Shown here: one piece after another, positions 1 to 9,905 of the stretch
How positions within the stretch are numbered: the stretch's first letter is position 1
How the letters are laid out: each line of letters starts with the position of its first letter
Translations under genes and position numbers: made by a program
Notes under the pieces: generated by a model
Told to the model about the DNA's origin: nothing
Database searches by the model: none
The model's input: the letters and a program-made list of their open reading frames with translations, nothing else
From: Candidatus Bathyarchaeota archaeon
Lineage (GTDB): Archaea; Thermoproteota; Bathyarchaeia; Bathyarchaeales; Bathycorpusculaceae
Direction of reading: 5' to 3'
Assembly (NCBI GenBank): GCA_963833575.1
Contig: CAWHXY010000005.1
Coordinates: 32,001-96,000, forward strand
DNA: 64,000 nucleotides

Positions 1-1
1 T

Positions 2-664
2 AACATATTTATTGCCGCCCTTAACGAAGAAGAAGGAGTTGGTGCCACCATATCTGAGCTTTCAGAGAGCATAAATGCGAAGCGTATTCTATTGATTGAT
101 GGTCACAGCTGTGACCGGACAGTTGATGTCGCCAAAGATCATGGGGCAGAAATCTTTTTTCAAGACGGCAAAGGTAAAGGTAATGCCTTAGCCAAGGCTG
201 TGCAGTGCATGGGTACCGATGTTGAGTATGTGGTTATCACTGATGCAGACTTTACTTATCCAGCCGAGCATGTACCGGAAATGATCCAGATCCTCGAAAA
301 CATGCCACAGGTAGGCATGGTTTGTGGGAACAGATTCAGTGAACAAACAAGGGGAAGCGCTTTTCAAGGTCGGTTTACATTTGGAAATAAACTATTGGCT
401 TTTGCTCATAGTTTTTTTAACGGTATAAATTTACAAGATCCATTAACCGGATTGAGAGTTATCCGAGCAGATATACTTCGGAAATGGGTCATTAAGTCAA
501 AAGGTTTTGACATAGAAGTGGAATTGAATCATCAGGTTGGAAAACAAGGATTTGAGACTATCGAAGTCCCAATTGAGTACCGAGAGCGATTGGGCGAGAA
601 AAAATTGAAAATGAAACATGGTGCGACTATTCTAAAGAGAATTCTATTTGAAAGCTTGAATTGA
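2..664 (+). CDS. Glycosyltransferase family 2 (DPM1-like), 5'-truncated by window edge
   Basis: Frame is open from position 2 (NIFIAALNEEEGVG...); motifs IDGHSCDRT, GKGNA, DADFTYP, DPLTGLR, GFDIEVE, EVPIEYRER. Confidence 0.88.
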   Translation, partial: NIFIAALNEEEGVGATISELSESINAKRILLIDGHSCDRTVDVAKDHGAEIFFQDGKGKGNALAKAVQCMGTDVEYVVITDADFTYPAEHVPEMIQILENMPQVGMVCGNRFSEQTRGSAFQGRFTFGNKLLAFAHSFFNGINLQDPLTGLRVIRADILRKWVIKSKGFDIEVELNHQVGKQGFETIEVPIEYRERLGEKKLKMKHGATILKRILFESLN

Positions 665-1095
665 AATCCTTGCTGAGTTCTAAAAAGGACTTAAACATGT
701 TTGAGTTCAAAACTTTGTAGACTCACCTTAGGGCTTCGTAATTCTTTAATTATTTCTTTAACTCATTTTATCTTTGTGTAGTATTGTTGTTGTCTAGTTA
801 TAACCTTTTGGAGTTTTTCTTCTTGACAACTTATCCTTGTAATAAGGAAGGGATTTAGATGCCAAAAATGTGCGATAATAAAACACTAGTAGAAAAGGTT
901 GTGTGCCTTCACATCTAAAGAAACCAAATTTTAACTAACACTCTTTTATACAAATCACTCAATGACAGTAAGCATGGAGAAAATTCCGGAAAAAACTCCA
1001 AAAATTGACAAAACGTCTCCGTTAAGAGCCTAACCGAACCTAAAACAGCAAGCTTTAATTAAAGCTTCTAACTTACATTAAATTGAGGTTTTTAG

Positions 1096-1503
1096 TTGAT
1101 TATTGCAGGTTTTGATGTGTCTTTTCCGGGCATACTTTACACTTTAGTTGGTCTGATTATTCTTTGGATAATTGTTTCTATTCCTGTTTGGCTTGCTGGA
1201 AAAGCAGTAACTGGAGGGAAAGCGACTTTTGGAGATGCTTTATTGGCAACGCTTGCTGGACCGATTATCTATTTCGTCGTTGTTTTTTTGGTGGGCTTTT
1301 TCCTCGGAGGTTGGGCTTTGGTTTTCGGTTACATTTTGGCGCTTATCGCTTGGATTTGGGTTTTCAAGGCAAGTTTCCAAACAGGCTGGCTTAGAGCAAT
1401 TCTCATAGCAATTCTTGCATGGGTCATCTTTGTCGTTTTGAGCATAATAATTGGTGCTCTTTTTGGAATAGTATATCCTGCGCCGTTTTTCCCGAAAATC
1501 TAG
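1096..1503 (+). CDS. Hypothetical membrane protein (~4 TM)
   Basis: 135-aa hydrophobic ORF with GAGGT RBS-like sequence upstream. Confidence 0.7.
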   Translation: MIIAGFDVSFPGILYTLVGLIILWIIVSIPVWLAGKAVTGGKATFGDALLATLAGPIIYFVVVFLVGFFLGGWALVFGYILALIAWIWVFKASFQTGWLRAILIAILAWVIFVVLSIIIGALFGIVYPAPFFPKI

Positions 1504-1574
1504 AAAAATCATCGTGTTAGGAACGTACATAGGAAGATTAGACACAATTTAAGCCATGTTACCGGCTGTTCGCT

Positions 1575-1790
1575 TATTGGAGGTTCAATATCAAATTTTG
1601 TACAGTTTCCTAATTCGCTCTTAAATGCCACAGTACCGTTTAATGCCTGTGTTAATTTTTTAAACCACTGCCAAACCAGATCCTTGGTCTTTAGGTTTCG
1701 TTGTAACCAAAGGCATGAATATTTTTTCTCTCTGCTCAAAAGGCATGCATTGCCCAGAGTTTTCAACGCTTAAAAATCTTATTCTAACAC
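1575..1790 (-). pseudogene. Remnant of a histidine-kinase HATPase_c domain, frameshifted
   Basis: VENSGQCMPFEQREKIFMPLVTTKPKDQGSGLAVV continues after a 1-nt insertion (~1662) as KKLTQALNGTVAFKSELGNCTKFDIE; degenerate G1/F/G2 boxes. Confidence 0.65.
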
Positions 1791-2533
1791 AGAATAAGTT
1801 AACTCGTTTGAAGAGAACGGAAAGAAAATGTCTTGCCCAAGTTGTGGAGTAAATGTCGGAAAGGGGGATCTGTTTGCACGGGCTTGCGGAAGAAATTATC
1901 AGACAATCAAGAAACTGAACTTTATTCGTTTGGTCATGGTTTAGTAAATGTATGTTTTGGTCGCCCCGGAACTTTTGTTTTATACAAAAGAACTGTAGCA
2001 AAATTGTTCTTGCAAACCAAAAAATTTGTGAGTAATCTACTTGAATTAATTCTACAAGGCTTCAGGTTTCACACTCTGACATTCCGGCAAAAGAAAGCTT
2101 AAACTACCCACACTTTTCATCTTTGGAGTATTTTATGGCTTAAGTATAAAGAAGCCGAGAAAATCAAGGAAATACCGACAATATATTTTAGGTCCAATTC
2201 GACGCATATCAGTTATGCTTTTAGAAATATTAACGCAAACTAGAATAGTTCTTTGCCGAAGGAGATTCTGGCTAAACCTCTTTCTTAAGTTTCAAAATCA
2301 ACTTTACTCTTTTCTGCCTCTTTCCCTTTCGTCTTCTGTTTCAACAGGAACCATGCGATACCGCCGTAATATTGCTTGTCAGTCATTTTATCTGCCTCAA
2401 CTTCACTGAGCTGTTTCTATTCTTATGGTTTTTTGAGAAGCTCAATAACGTTTATTGTCAAGTTTGACGAGAACTTTGCAAACGTGATTTAACAAAGCGT
2501 ATGAAGTTTGGCGCACACCCGTGAAGAGTTTGT

Positions 2534-2630
2534 TTGGGGACAATTGGGGACAGTTAGGGTCAATTCTAGACGTAACCTGCAACCCACTCAAAACCTAAAA
2601 CAAGAAAGCACCCCAAAACAAAAAAATTGC
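2534..2630 (+). repeat. Dispersed intergenic element, copy 1 (TTGGGGACAA-type 10-mer array + core)
   Basis: ttggggacaa/ttggggacag/ttagggtcaa/ttctagacgt then aacctgcaa...aaacctaaaacaagaaagcacc...aaaaaattgc. Confidence 0.8.
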
Positions 2631-2785
2631 AGTAATACACATGAGCTAAGAGTTGCTGATTGAAGTAATGCAAGATCTGCATTCTGCTCCATTTTTCTTT
2701 TTTCTTCCTATTCTCATTTTAGTAATATGCCTTAAAAGCACATTAGACATTTAATGAGAGCTTAACATAGATGTAACCGATAAAC

Positions 2786-4612
2786 GTGGGCTACATGCAA
2801 CCTAAAAGACTAAGTGCCGAAAGGATTGCTTTAGAATTGAATCAGCATAGGCTAGCAGTGGCCATAAAGTTTTCTGTCGTAATTATTGGAGTTATAGCGT
2901 TTTATTTGCAAGATTTAACTTTGGTTTTTTCTAACGCGTTGAGCGATGAATCCACTTATCATATATTGGCTATTCCTTTTCTTTTTGGCTATTTAGTGTA
3001 TCGTAAAAGAGCAATGATTAGCGCAAGTTTTAGCCAGCAAAAACAAACAAAATCTTTCATCCAAAAAAACTTCACATTGCTTGTAGGTATCCTGCTTTTT
3101 GCAACAGCGGTTCTTGTGTATTGGTTTGGCTCCTACACCTTCACACCTCTGGAATATCACATGCTTACTCTGCCAATTTTTACAGCTGGAATAATATTAA
3201 TCCTCTTCAATGGCCAAACTCTCAAGCAACTTGCCTTCCCCATAATTTTCCTGTTTTTCTTAACCCCTCCACCCAGCGATATTCTCTATAGCGTAGGTTC
3301 AACCCTCTCCGACCTAAGCGCGCACGCATCAAACTCACTGGCAAACGCTTTTGGTATGGCATCAACAATTACTGCTCAATACGGCAGTCCAATAATAACA
3401 CTCACAAGAGCTGATCATACAATAATGAATTTCAGCGTAGACGTTGCGTGTTCAGGAGTCTACAGCCTAATCGGATTTGCAATATTCGCAGTCTTCATAG
3501 CATACATAACAAGAGGTAAACTGTGGACCAAAGTCGGAATACTACTCTTAGGGATACCGCTCATAATTGCCCTAAACATAATACGTATAACAACCATACT
3601 AGGCATCGGCTACAACTTCGGCGACCAACTAGCCCTACAAATCTTCCACGCAGTAGGCGCAACAGTACTAATGTTCATCGGCACCCTGATACTATTGGCA
3701 ACAACCGAAAAATTCGTAAAAAAACCCAAACCTATAGAGCCATGCCCAACATGCAACCTAAACACGCAAAACTTACAAACAGAAAAATTCTGTCCAAATT
3801 GCGGTAAACTGCACCTGTTCCCAAGAATAAAGCTGAACAAAAATGCCCTCGCAAAAATTGCTGCTGTAGCCATAGTAATCATTATCCTTCTAAGCATCCA
3901 AGCTCCAGTATTCGAATTAACTGAAGGACCAGCAGAAGTCCTAGTCCGAACGCCTTCAGGCATACAGCCCAATACGCAAATTCTTCCGTTACCCCCTGTC
4001 GAAGGATACAATCTTAGTTATGTCTACCGAGATACTAACTTTGAGAAAGTCTCCGGTGAAGATGCCTCATTAGTTTACGCTTATGGATCAACAGACACTT
4101 CAAAACAAACTATTTGGGTGGCATTAGAACTAGCTTCAACTGTTGGTCCTCTTCACCGTTGGGAAACCTGTCTAATCAATTACCCTATAAGCCAAGGATT
4201 ACAACCAAAAGTAACACAACTAGATCTGAGAGATGTACAGACCCAAGCCAACCCTCCTATCGTCGGCCGCTATTTCGCTTTCCAATACCGTTCAACTAAC
4301 CAAACCCAAGTGGTCCTCTACTGGTTTGAAACGGCCACTTTCACAGTAAATGGCACATCAGAACAGAAACAAGCGAAAATTAGTCTTGTGATGTATCCTC
4401 AATCCACTGCAGATGTTCCTCAAGCAGAGAAGACACTTTTAGTTGTAGCTGAAGCATCAAACAATTATTGGCAACCCATAAAAACGTGGACTACAATCTC
4501 ATTGACTATAAGCCAAAATGGCTTAGCATTATCCACCATTGCTGTAGCAATGTTGGTTGTGCTCCTAATTTTCAATCTTATCTTCACCGAAATCATAAAT
4601 CCTCACTATTAA
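2786..4612 (+). CDS. Exosortase/archaeosortase-family protein with zinc-ribbon linker and EpsI-like extracellular domain; C-terminus frameshifted (continues to 4883)
   Basis: Multi-TM N-half with VDVACSG (catalytic Cys), NIIRI (Arg), IFH (His); CPTC..CPNC; HRWETC and VVLYWF EpsI-like motifs. Confidence 0.82.
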   Translation: MGYMQPKRLSAERIALELNQHRLAVAIKFSVVIIGVIAFYLQDLTLVFSNALSDESTYHILAIPFLFGYLVYRKRAMISASFSQQKQTKSFIQKNFTLLVGILLFATAVLVYWFGSYTFTPLEYHMLTLPIFTAGIILILFNGQTLKQLAFPIIFLFFLTPPPSDILYSVGSTLSDLSAHASNSLANAFGMASTITAQYGSPIITLTRADHTIMNFSVDVACSGVYSLIGFAIFAVFIAYITRGKLWTKVGILLLGIPLIIALNIIRITTILGIGYNFGDQLALQIFHAVGATVLMFIGTLILLATTEKFVKKPKPIEPCPTCNLNTQNLQTEKFCPNCGKLHLFPRIKLNKNALAKIAAVAIVIIILLSIQAPVFELTEGPAEVLVRTPSGIQPNTQILPLPPVEGYNLSYVYRDTNFEKVSGEDASLVYAYGSTDTSKQTIWVALELASTVGPLHRWETCLINYPISQGLQPKVTQLDLRDVQTQANPPIVGRYFAFQYRSTNQTQVVLYWFETATFTVNGTSEQKQAKISLVMYPQSTADVPQAEKTLLVVAEASNNYWQPIKTWTTISLTISQNGLALSTIAVAMLVVLLIFNLIFTEIINPHY

Positions 4613-5012
4613 AAATGTACTCTAAACTCCCAAACAAAATCAACTGCTTGTTACGGCGGTAGATAACGCTCAGAAACAAGGTAGCCCAACGACAGAAGGT
4701 ATAGCCAATGAACTAGAAAAACTAACAAACACGCAAACAGACAGAATAACGCTTAAACAAGAACTTCAAGATGCAGAAAACAGCGGGCTAATAGAAAAAA
4801 CATTGGTAAATCGTGAAGATAAGGCTTCGTTTGCCTGGCGAAACCTATTAACAACCAGGAATATTTTCAAGCGCTTCCGTTAACTCGATTTATCTATCGT
4901 TCACTCGAGTCAACTGCGACCATCTGCTGTTTAAGCATTAACTCGGCTTCTTAAACGATAATTGCTCAAATGGCCTTAATCCGCTGAACCTTAATTAAAT
5001 GACCAGCCGATT

Positions 5013-5264
5013 CTAACTTTCCCAGAAGTATTGACTGGATGCAATTAAAGCATTTGTAGAAATAAAATAACGTTCGCTATCTAGTAGCAGACTCAGTTTA
5101 TGTTGATTGACAAAATCTTTTATTGATAAAAGATCATCGCTGTTGACCAAGCTTTGTTCAATGGTTAAAACAAATCCATCATTTATAGTATCGAGCATTT
5201 TTACATCTAAACTATAATTTGCTCCAATTTGCCTTTTAAAGACCATAGCTTCAAATATTTTCAA
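5013..5264 (-). CDS. Hypothetical protein
   Basis: 83-aa ORF with GAGGAT RBS-like sequence upstream. Confidence 0.55.
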   Translation of the reverse strand: MKIFEAMVFKRQIGANYSLDVKMLDTINDGFVLTIEQSLVNSDDLLSIKDFVNQHKLSLLLDSERYFISTNALIASSQYFWES

Positions 5265-5436
5265 TTTTTTTTATCCTCGCCCATCCAAATTTAATCGCTA
5301 CACTTACCAAAAATATCTGGACAGGTGGCTACAAACTTGGTTATTTTACTATAACCACATGAGTACTCTTAAGGGTTCTCGTAAAATAAAGAAGAAGACT
5401 AAATGCTTGTCGCAAAAGATTACTTTCTGGTAGATG

Positions 5437-5817
5437 CTAGGATTGCGTGTTGAACAGTGGGCTGGAAATTATCATGTCTGCGGTTGCTCTATTGCAGGCA
5501 GTTGGAATATTGTATAGTACAGCTAGTCTAAGAACAGCTTTAACATCAACGTCATGAGGCTGAGACTCCAAAGGATCCCAAAAGAAAATGAGAATATCAA
5601 GTTTTTTGTTGGCGATTAAAGCTCCAAGCTCCATGTCTCCGCCGTATGGTCCACTTTTTAGCAGATTTATTTGTAATCCTGTTTTGTCAATTATTTGTTG
5701 GCCAGTGGTTCCTGTTGCGAACAGAAAATAGTGAGATAAAGTTCCTTTATTGAAATCACACCACTCAACAATATCTTTTTTCTTGTTGTCATGTGCGACT
5801 AATGCAATAGTTTTCAT
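5437..5817 (-). CDS. mgsA: Methylglyoxal synthase
   Basis: MKTIALVAHDNKK, ATGTTG, SGPYGGD, IFFWDPLESQPHDVDVKA, PTACNRATAD; start moved to the ATG at 5817. Confidence 0.93.
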   Translation of the reverse strand: MKTIALVAHDNKKKDIVEWCDFNKGTLSHYFLFATGTTGQQIIDKTGLQINLLKSGPYGGDMELGALIANKKLDILIFFWDPLESQPHDVDVKAVLRLAVLYNIPTACNRATADMIISSPLFNTQS

Positions 5818-6119
5818 GTGGGGTCTTTCCCAGTTTGTAGTAGCTCTAATTAAAACATCAAATAAAAACATACACGACTTTATCAGATTATTTCATGAAC
5901 ATTTCGGCTCTTTTCTTTTATTTAGACGTCTTTTTAACCTGACTTAATTCCAAAAAAGGCAATTAAATGGTAAAATTAAATTTTCTAAGTGTCTAGCCTA
6001 TATACTCAATGTGCATTATTTGATAAGTGTCGGAATAATTCAAGAAAGAGTAATATTTGAATCGAGGAGAACCTGCTTTTTCAAGAGAATTTCTGGCATA
6101 CATTTCATGAGGGGAAAAT

Positions 6120-6746
6120 TTGAATCAAAAAAAGCCAACGATTATGGAGCATCTTGCTTTTCTTTCCGTGAGGCAGGGAATCTACCTAGCAGAACTCTAC
6201 CAAGCCATGGTTGAAGCCAGAGAAAAAGGAAAAGTCAAGTGTCAACATCTGTTGGTTGAATATCGTTGCAGCCTAAAAGACGAAGCCATTTTTCTAATTA
6301 CTAAAGATTCCAAGGTTGTACTGCAGTTTCGGGTTGCTGAAGAACTTCTACTCAGAAAAGATATCTGCTTTGAAAACTGGATGGACACCGACAAAGTGCG
6401 TAAACAAATGAACCGTCAAAGCATATCACCTAAACTTTCCGTTCTAGTGCAAGATCTGCGCCACGGGATGAAAAAAATTAATATTGAAGCCAAAGTCCTT
6501 GAGATTCCAACACCGGCAACAGTTCAAACTCGATATGGAAATAGCGCCAGAGTGACTAATGCTTGGGTAGCTGATGAGACCGGTAGAATAAAGCTTTGTT
6601 TATGGAATGAACAAGCTGATCTTGTTAATGTCGGCGATACGGTTCAGATTAAAAATGCTTCTGTTTCTACATTTAAAGGTGAAAGGCAGCTTCGTTTGGG
6701 CAAAAAAGGAACTGTGAGTGTACTTCCAAGCCTCTTAATAAAATAA
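6120..6746 (+). CDS. OB-fold single-stranded DNA-binding (SSB/RPA-like) protein with N-terminal extra domain, paralog 1
   Basis: C-terminal DLRHGMKKINIEAKVLE...VADETGRIKLCLWNEQ...GDTVQIKNA...FKGERQLRLGK, typical crenarchaeal-type SSB OB fold. Confidence 0.8.
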   Translation: MNQKKPTIMEHLAFLSVRQGIYLAELYQAMVEAREKGKVKCQHLLVEYRCSLKDEAIFLITKDSKVVLQFRVAEELLLRKDICFENWMDTDKVRKQMNRQSISPKLSVLVQDLRHGMKKINIEAKVLEIPTPATVQTRYGNSARVTNAWVADETGRIKLCLWNEQADLVNVGDTVQIKNASVSTFKGERQLRLGKKGTVSVLPSLLIK

Positions 6747-6830
6747 ACAATACCCTTTCGCAAATAATACTTTTCTTTTCATTTGATTAATAGGTCAAAG
6801 CATAGACGCCATTATTGGAAAAGCCCCTCT

Positions 6831-7073
6831 TTAAATTTGGTTAGGCTGTTTTATCCATACTTTTACCTTGCTTTGAACTCTTATTCTTGACTCTGTACTC
6901 ATCAACCTGACTTGCGCCTGAACAAACCTGTTATCGGTGCATTTGAACTCCTTTTTAATTGCATCCTCTAGCTTTGGCAATGAAATATGTTCTTTCCAAC
7001 CGACTTGGCTCCAAAGTTGAATCTGTATTTTCTCCCTTTTACGTGAAGCTTCGGTCTCTGAAATAGATGCCAT
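6831..7073 (-). CDS. Hypothetical protein
   Basis: 80-aa ORF with ATG start; possible winged-helix-like pattern. Confidence 0.55.
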   Translation of the reverse strand: MASISETEASRKREKIQIQLWSQVGWKEHISLPKLEDAIKKEFKCTDNRFVQAQVRLMSTESRIRVQSKVKVWIKQPNQI

Positions 7074-7348
7074 TCTACTCAGTATAATGATTTTACGAAC
7101 AAGTTGATATCAATTTTTGGGAAAAAAATCGCCTTAAAGCTTCCCTGATTTTGAATACAACGTAATGTAACAAATTCTGTCCTTTTACAATTTTGCATTT
7201 TCTTAAAGTTAGCTTGAAAGAAACCAATTCCCAATTAAAAAACAAACTAAATCAAGTTTTTCTCAAAACTGAGCAGATTCCAAGATAGACAAATATTATT
7301 GGTCTAAGCTTAGGATTTTCTTAACTGAATAAAGGCGATTGTTTGCAA

Positions 7349-7494
7349 TTGAACTAGCTTAAACTAGATTGAACTAGCTTAAACTAGATTGAAATAGATT
7401 AAACTAGATTAAAAAAGATTAAAATGTACTCAACCTGCAAACGTTTAAAGCCTTGAACCAAAAAAGCAGTCCAAAACAAAACGGAAAAAATTTT
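7349..7494 (+). repeat. Dispersed intergenic element, copy 2 (TTAAACTAGA-type array, ~8 units + core)
   Basis: ttgaactagc/ttaaactaga/ttgaactagc/ttaaactaga/ttgaaataga/ttaaactaga/ttaaaaaaga/ttaaaatgta then caacctgcaa...ccaaaaaagcag...gaaaaaatt. Confidence 0.85.
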
Positions 7495-7567
7495 CCCTCG
7501 AAATCGTCTTTCAAATTTTTGATCAGAAAATCATTTTTTAGGCTGACCTTAACCATTCCATCTCGAT

Positions 7568-7706
7568 TGTCTAATAATGTCTAAAAATGTCAAATCGTGT
7601 CAATTCGTGTCAAATCGTGTCAAATTATGTCAAAAAATGTATCAACCTGCAACCAATCCAAGCCCTAAATCAAAAAAGCAACTCAAAGCCAGCTCAAAAA
7701 AATTGA
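7568..7706 (+). repeat. Dispersed intergenic element, copy 3 (TGTCAAATCG-type array, ~7 units + core)
   Basis: tgtctaataa/tgtctaaaaa/tgtcaaatcg/tgtcaattcg/tgtcaaatcg/tgtcaaatta/tgtcaaaaaa then aacctgcaaccaatccaagccctaaatcaaaaaagcaactc...aaaaaattg. Confidence 0.85.
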
Positions 7707-7763
7707 CATCGACTTCCAAAACTCCAAACTCACTCTCCAACAATTAGAAATTTTAGAAGTCTT

Positions 7764-7850
7764 TTTGGGGCAATTGGGGACAATTCTAGACGCAACCTGC
7801 AAACGATCCAAAGCCCAATTTAGAAAAATTGGGCCAAAATACAAAGAACA
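7764..7850 (+). repeat. Dispersed intergenic element, copy 4 (TTGGGGACAA-type array + degenerate core)
   Basis: tttggggcaa/ttggggacaa/ttctagacgc then aacctgcaaacgatccaaagccc. Confidence 0.75.
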
Positions 7851-7928
7851 AAGTGCACCAAAACAAGCAACAAATCCTAGTTTGCTATTGACATAAGTAC
7901 CCGCTTAAGAGCTTTCCAATAGTTTCGT

Positions 7929-8558
7929 TCACTGGCAAGTTGTAGACTGCTGACCTAGGAGCACTCGAAACCCGCTTTCCCTCTCGAGTACTTGGCAGTT
8001 TCCAAAGACCCTGTTAAACAGAGTTGGCAAAGCTTTTACTCCGATTTTAGATCGAATGACCATTTGAAAAGTGCCTTTGTCAGCCATAACTTTTGGAGCT
8101 TGAGAAATTATTGCTTTCACTGTTTCCATTCCTGCACTTACAGGTGGATTCGAAAGAACACAATCAAAAATTGAACCTTCAACTGGTTCATATAGATGGC
8201 CATAACGCACTTCAATGTTTGATACTTTGTTTAAGACAACATTTTTCTTGGCTAAACGTACTGCTCTTACATTCACATCCGTCATGATCACGCGTAGTTT
8301 TGGATTAAGTTTAGCTGCAGCCATTCCAACTGCGCCGTATCCACAGCCAATATCCAAAATACAACCTGTTTTAGGTAAAATCATGGATTCAATCAGTAAA
8401 CGGGATCCGACGTCAACTCGTCTCTTCGAAAAAACGCTCGAAGCAGTGAGAAACTCGAAGCTTCTGCCGCATAGGCTGGTTCGAACTAAACCGAACCTTT
8501 CCACAGACTTGGGTTCAGCCACGAAATAATGATCTGCGTTATTGTTGCTAGGGTTCAT
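7929..8558 (-). CDS. Class I SAM-dependent methyltransferase, RsmC-like (MTS family)
   Basis: HYF, SVFSKRRVDVGS, LDIGCGYG, SNPP motifs; downstream of cbf5. Confidence 0.85.
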   Translation of the reverse strand: MNPSNNNADHYFVAEPKSVERFGLVRTSLCGRSFEFLTASSVFSKRRVDVGSRLLIESMILPKTGCILDIGCGYGAVGMAAAKLNPKLRVIMTDVNVRAVRLAKKNVVLNKVSNIEVRYGHLYEPVEGSIFDCVLSNPPVSAGMETVKAIISQAPKVMADKGTFQMVIRSKIGVKALPTLFNRVFGNCQVLERESGFRVLLGQQSTTCQ

Positions 8559-9564
8559 GTGTCTTACCGCTTTTCCAAACCTTCGGATAAGTACCCCTAA
8601 GCATCAAAACTCTCTCTAAACCAGCAACAGCGCCATGCTTTAAATCCATAATTTCCTCAGATGGAACTAAAGCTTTTCCCAAAGCTACCGCTTCGCCCTT
8701 CAACGTGAAAATCGCTAAAATCGAACCCTTAACAATACCGCTTTCAACCTGACAAACACCAGGAGCAGTCAAATTTGCACCATGACATAATGCATCAACA
8801 GCAGAGTCACGAACAACAATTTTGGGAAGTAAAACCAAAGCGTTTTCCATAGGCACAATAAATTTGTGCAGAATTGCCTCATCCTTCTTTGATTCCCACT
8901 CTCCAAACCAGTAAGCTACATCGTGCAACGTGACTTTTGAATCGCTGGTTTCGGTGAATGATCCTGAGCGAGTTCTACGCAACTCTTGCATGTGTGCGCC
9001 GACACCAAGAATTTCACCTATATCAAAGCATAGTTTACGTATGTAAGTGCCTGCTTCACAACCGACTTTGAATAAAACATTTCTTCCATCGGTTTCTATG
9101 TAGTCGATGTAATAGACGCGTCTAGTTCTAAGCTGTCGCTTAACCGACGAGCGCAATGGTGGACGCTGATAAATTTCATCTTCAAACTCGCCTAAAACCT
9201 CTTTAATTTGAGCTTCTGGGGCATCCTTGTGAAGTTTCATTACGCAAACGTATTCTTTACCGGTATAGAGAAACGCTTGAACCACTTTGGTTGAATCCTC
9301 AAGTGTGATGGGTAAAATACCCGTGACTTTAGGATCTAAAGTCCCTCCATGCCCAATAGCCTTTACTTTCATGATTCTTTTAACCCATGCCGCAACTTCA
9401 TGGCTTGTTGGTCCAGCAGGTTTGTCAAGATTTATTGTGCCATACTGAATGTACTGTTTCGCTGGCCTTTCAGAGGGCAAATGCCCATATTTTGGATCAG
9501 TCGTGTCCTCTGCTTTAGTTAAAATTTCACGTTTTATTTCCCATGGAGGGGTAGATCGAGCCAT
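8548..9564 (-). CDS. cbf5: H/ACA RNA-guided pseudouridine synthase Cbf5 (TruB family) with PUA domain
   Basis: LDKPAGPTSHEV, GHGGTLDPKVTG, YQRPPLRSSVKR, CEAGTYIR, ELRRTRSG. Confidence 0.96.
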   Translation of the reverse strand: MARSTPPWEIKREILTKAEDTTDPKYGHLPSERPAKQYIQYGTINLDKPAGPTSHEVAAWVKRIMKVKAIGHGGTLDPKVTGILPITLEDSTKVVQAFLYTGKEYVCVMKLHKDAPEAQIKEVLGEFEDEIYQRPPLRSSVKRQLRTRRVYYIDYIETDGRNVLFKVGCEAGTYIRKLCFDIGEILGVGAHMQELRRTRSGSFTETSDSKVTLHDVAYWFGEWESKKDEAILHKFIVPMENALVLLPKIVVRDSAVDALCHGANLTAPGVCQVESGIVKGSILAIFTLKGEAVALGKALVPSEEIMDLKHGAVAGLERVLMLRGTYPKVWKSGKTHEP

Positions 9565-9626
9565 CTGCGTATATTCTCTCCTGAACTAAGTGTAAGAAAA
9601 AGAAATTTGAGGTATTAAAGCTTAGA

Positions 9627-9905
9627 CTATGCAGCTTTAACAGGTTGAGTCATTTCTTGTAGTTTACCTGCAGCCTCTAAGACTTGAGCAACTTCTTCGT
9701 CTGATGCACCACGTTTTACTTCAACTTTGTCCTGCAGAGGCATAACATGGTTTATGTTGACTCGTCTCCGCTTAATTCCAGTAACTTTTTTTGGACCTGT
9801 TACCAAAACAAAGCTCTTGTCCATAACGTCTATTACAACGCATTTTTTGCCGTTCTCTCGGCCAGCCTGTTTAACGCATATCCTGCCAACTTCTATAGCG
9901 GGCAT
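9627..9905 (-). CDS. rpl14e: 50S ribosomal protein L14e
   Basis: MPAIEVGRICVKQAGRENGKKCVVIDVMDKSFVLVTGP...RRRVNINH; start moved to the ATG at 9905. Confidence 0.95.
   Translation of the reverse strand: MPAIEVGRICVKQAGRENGKKCVVIDVMDKSFVLVTGPKKVTGIKRRRVNINHVMPLQDKVEVKRGASDEEVAQVLEAAGKLQEMTQPVKAA

Noticed and set aside
2285-2386. 33-aa minus-strand ORF MTDKQYYGGIAWFLLKQK...
   Set aside because: Looks protein-like but is too short to support without homologs; an in-frame stop lies 11 codons upstream.
1660-2409. ORFs 1660-2001, 1833-2102 and 2215-2409
   Set aside because: No protein-like signal apart from the kinase remnant; mutually overlapping.
7349-7850. CRISPR array
   Set aside because: Units are 10 bp and directly abutting with no unique spacers; the cores are too divergent and irregularly spaced; no cas genes in the window.
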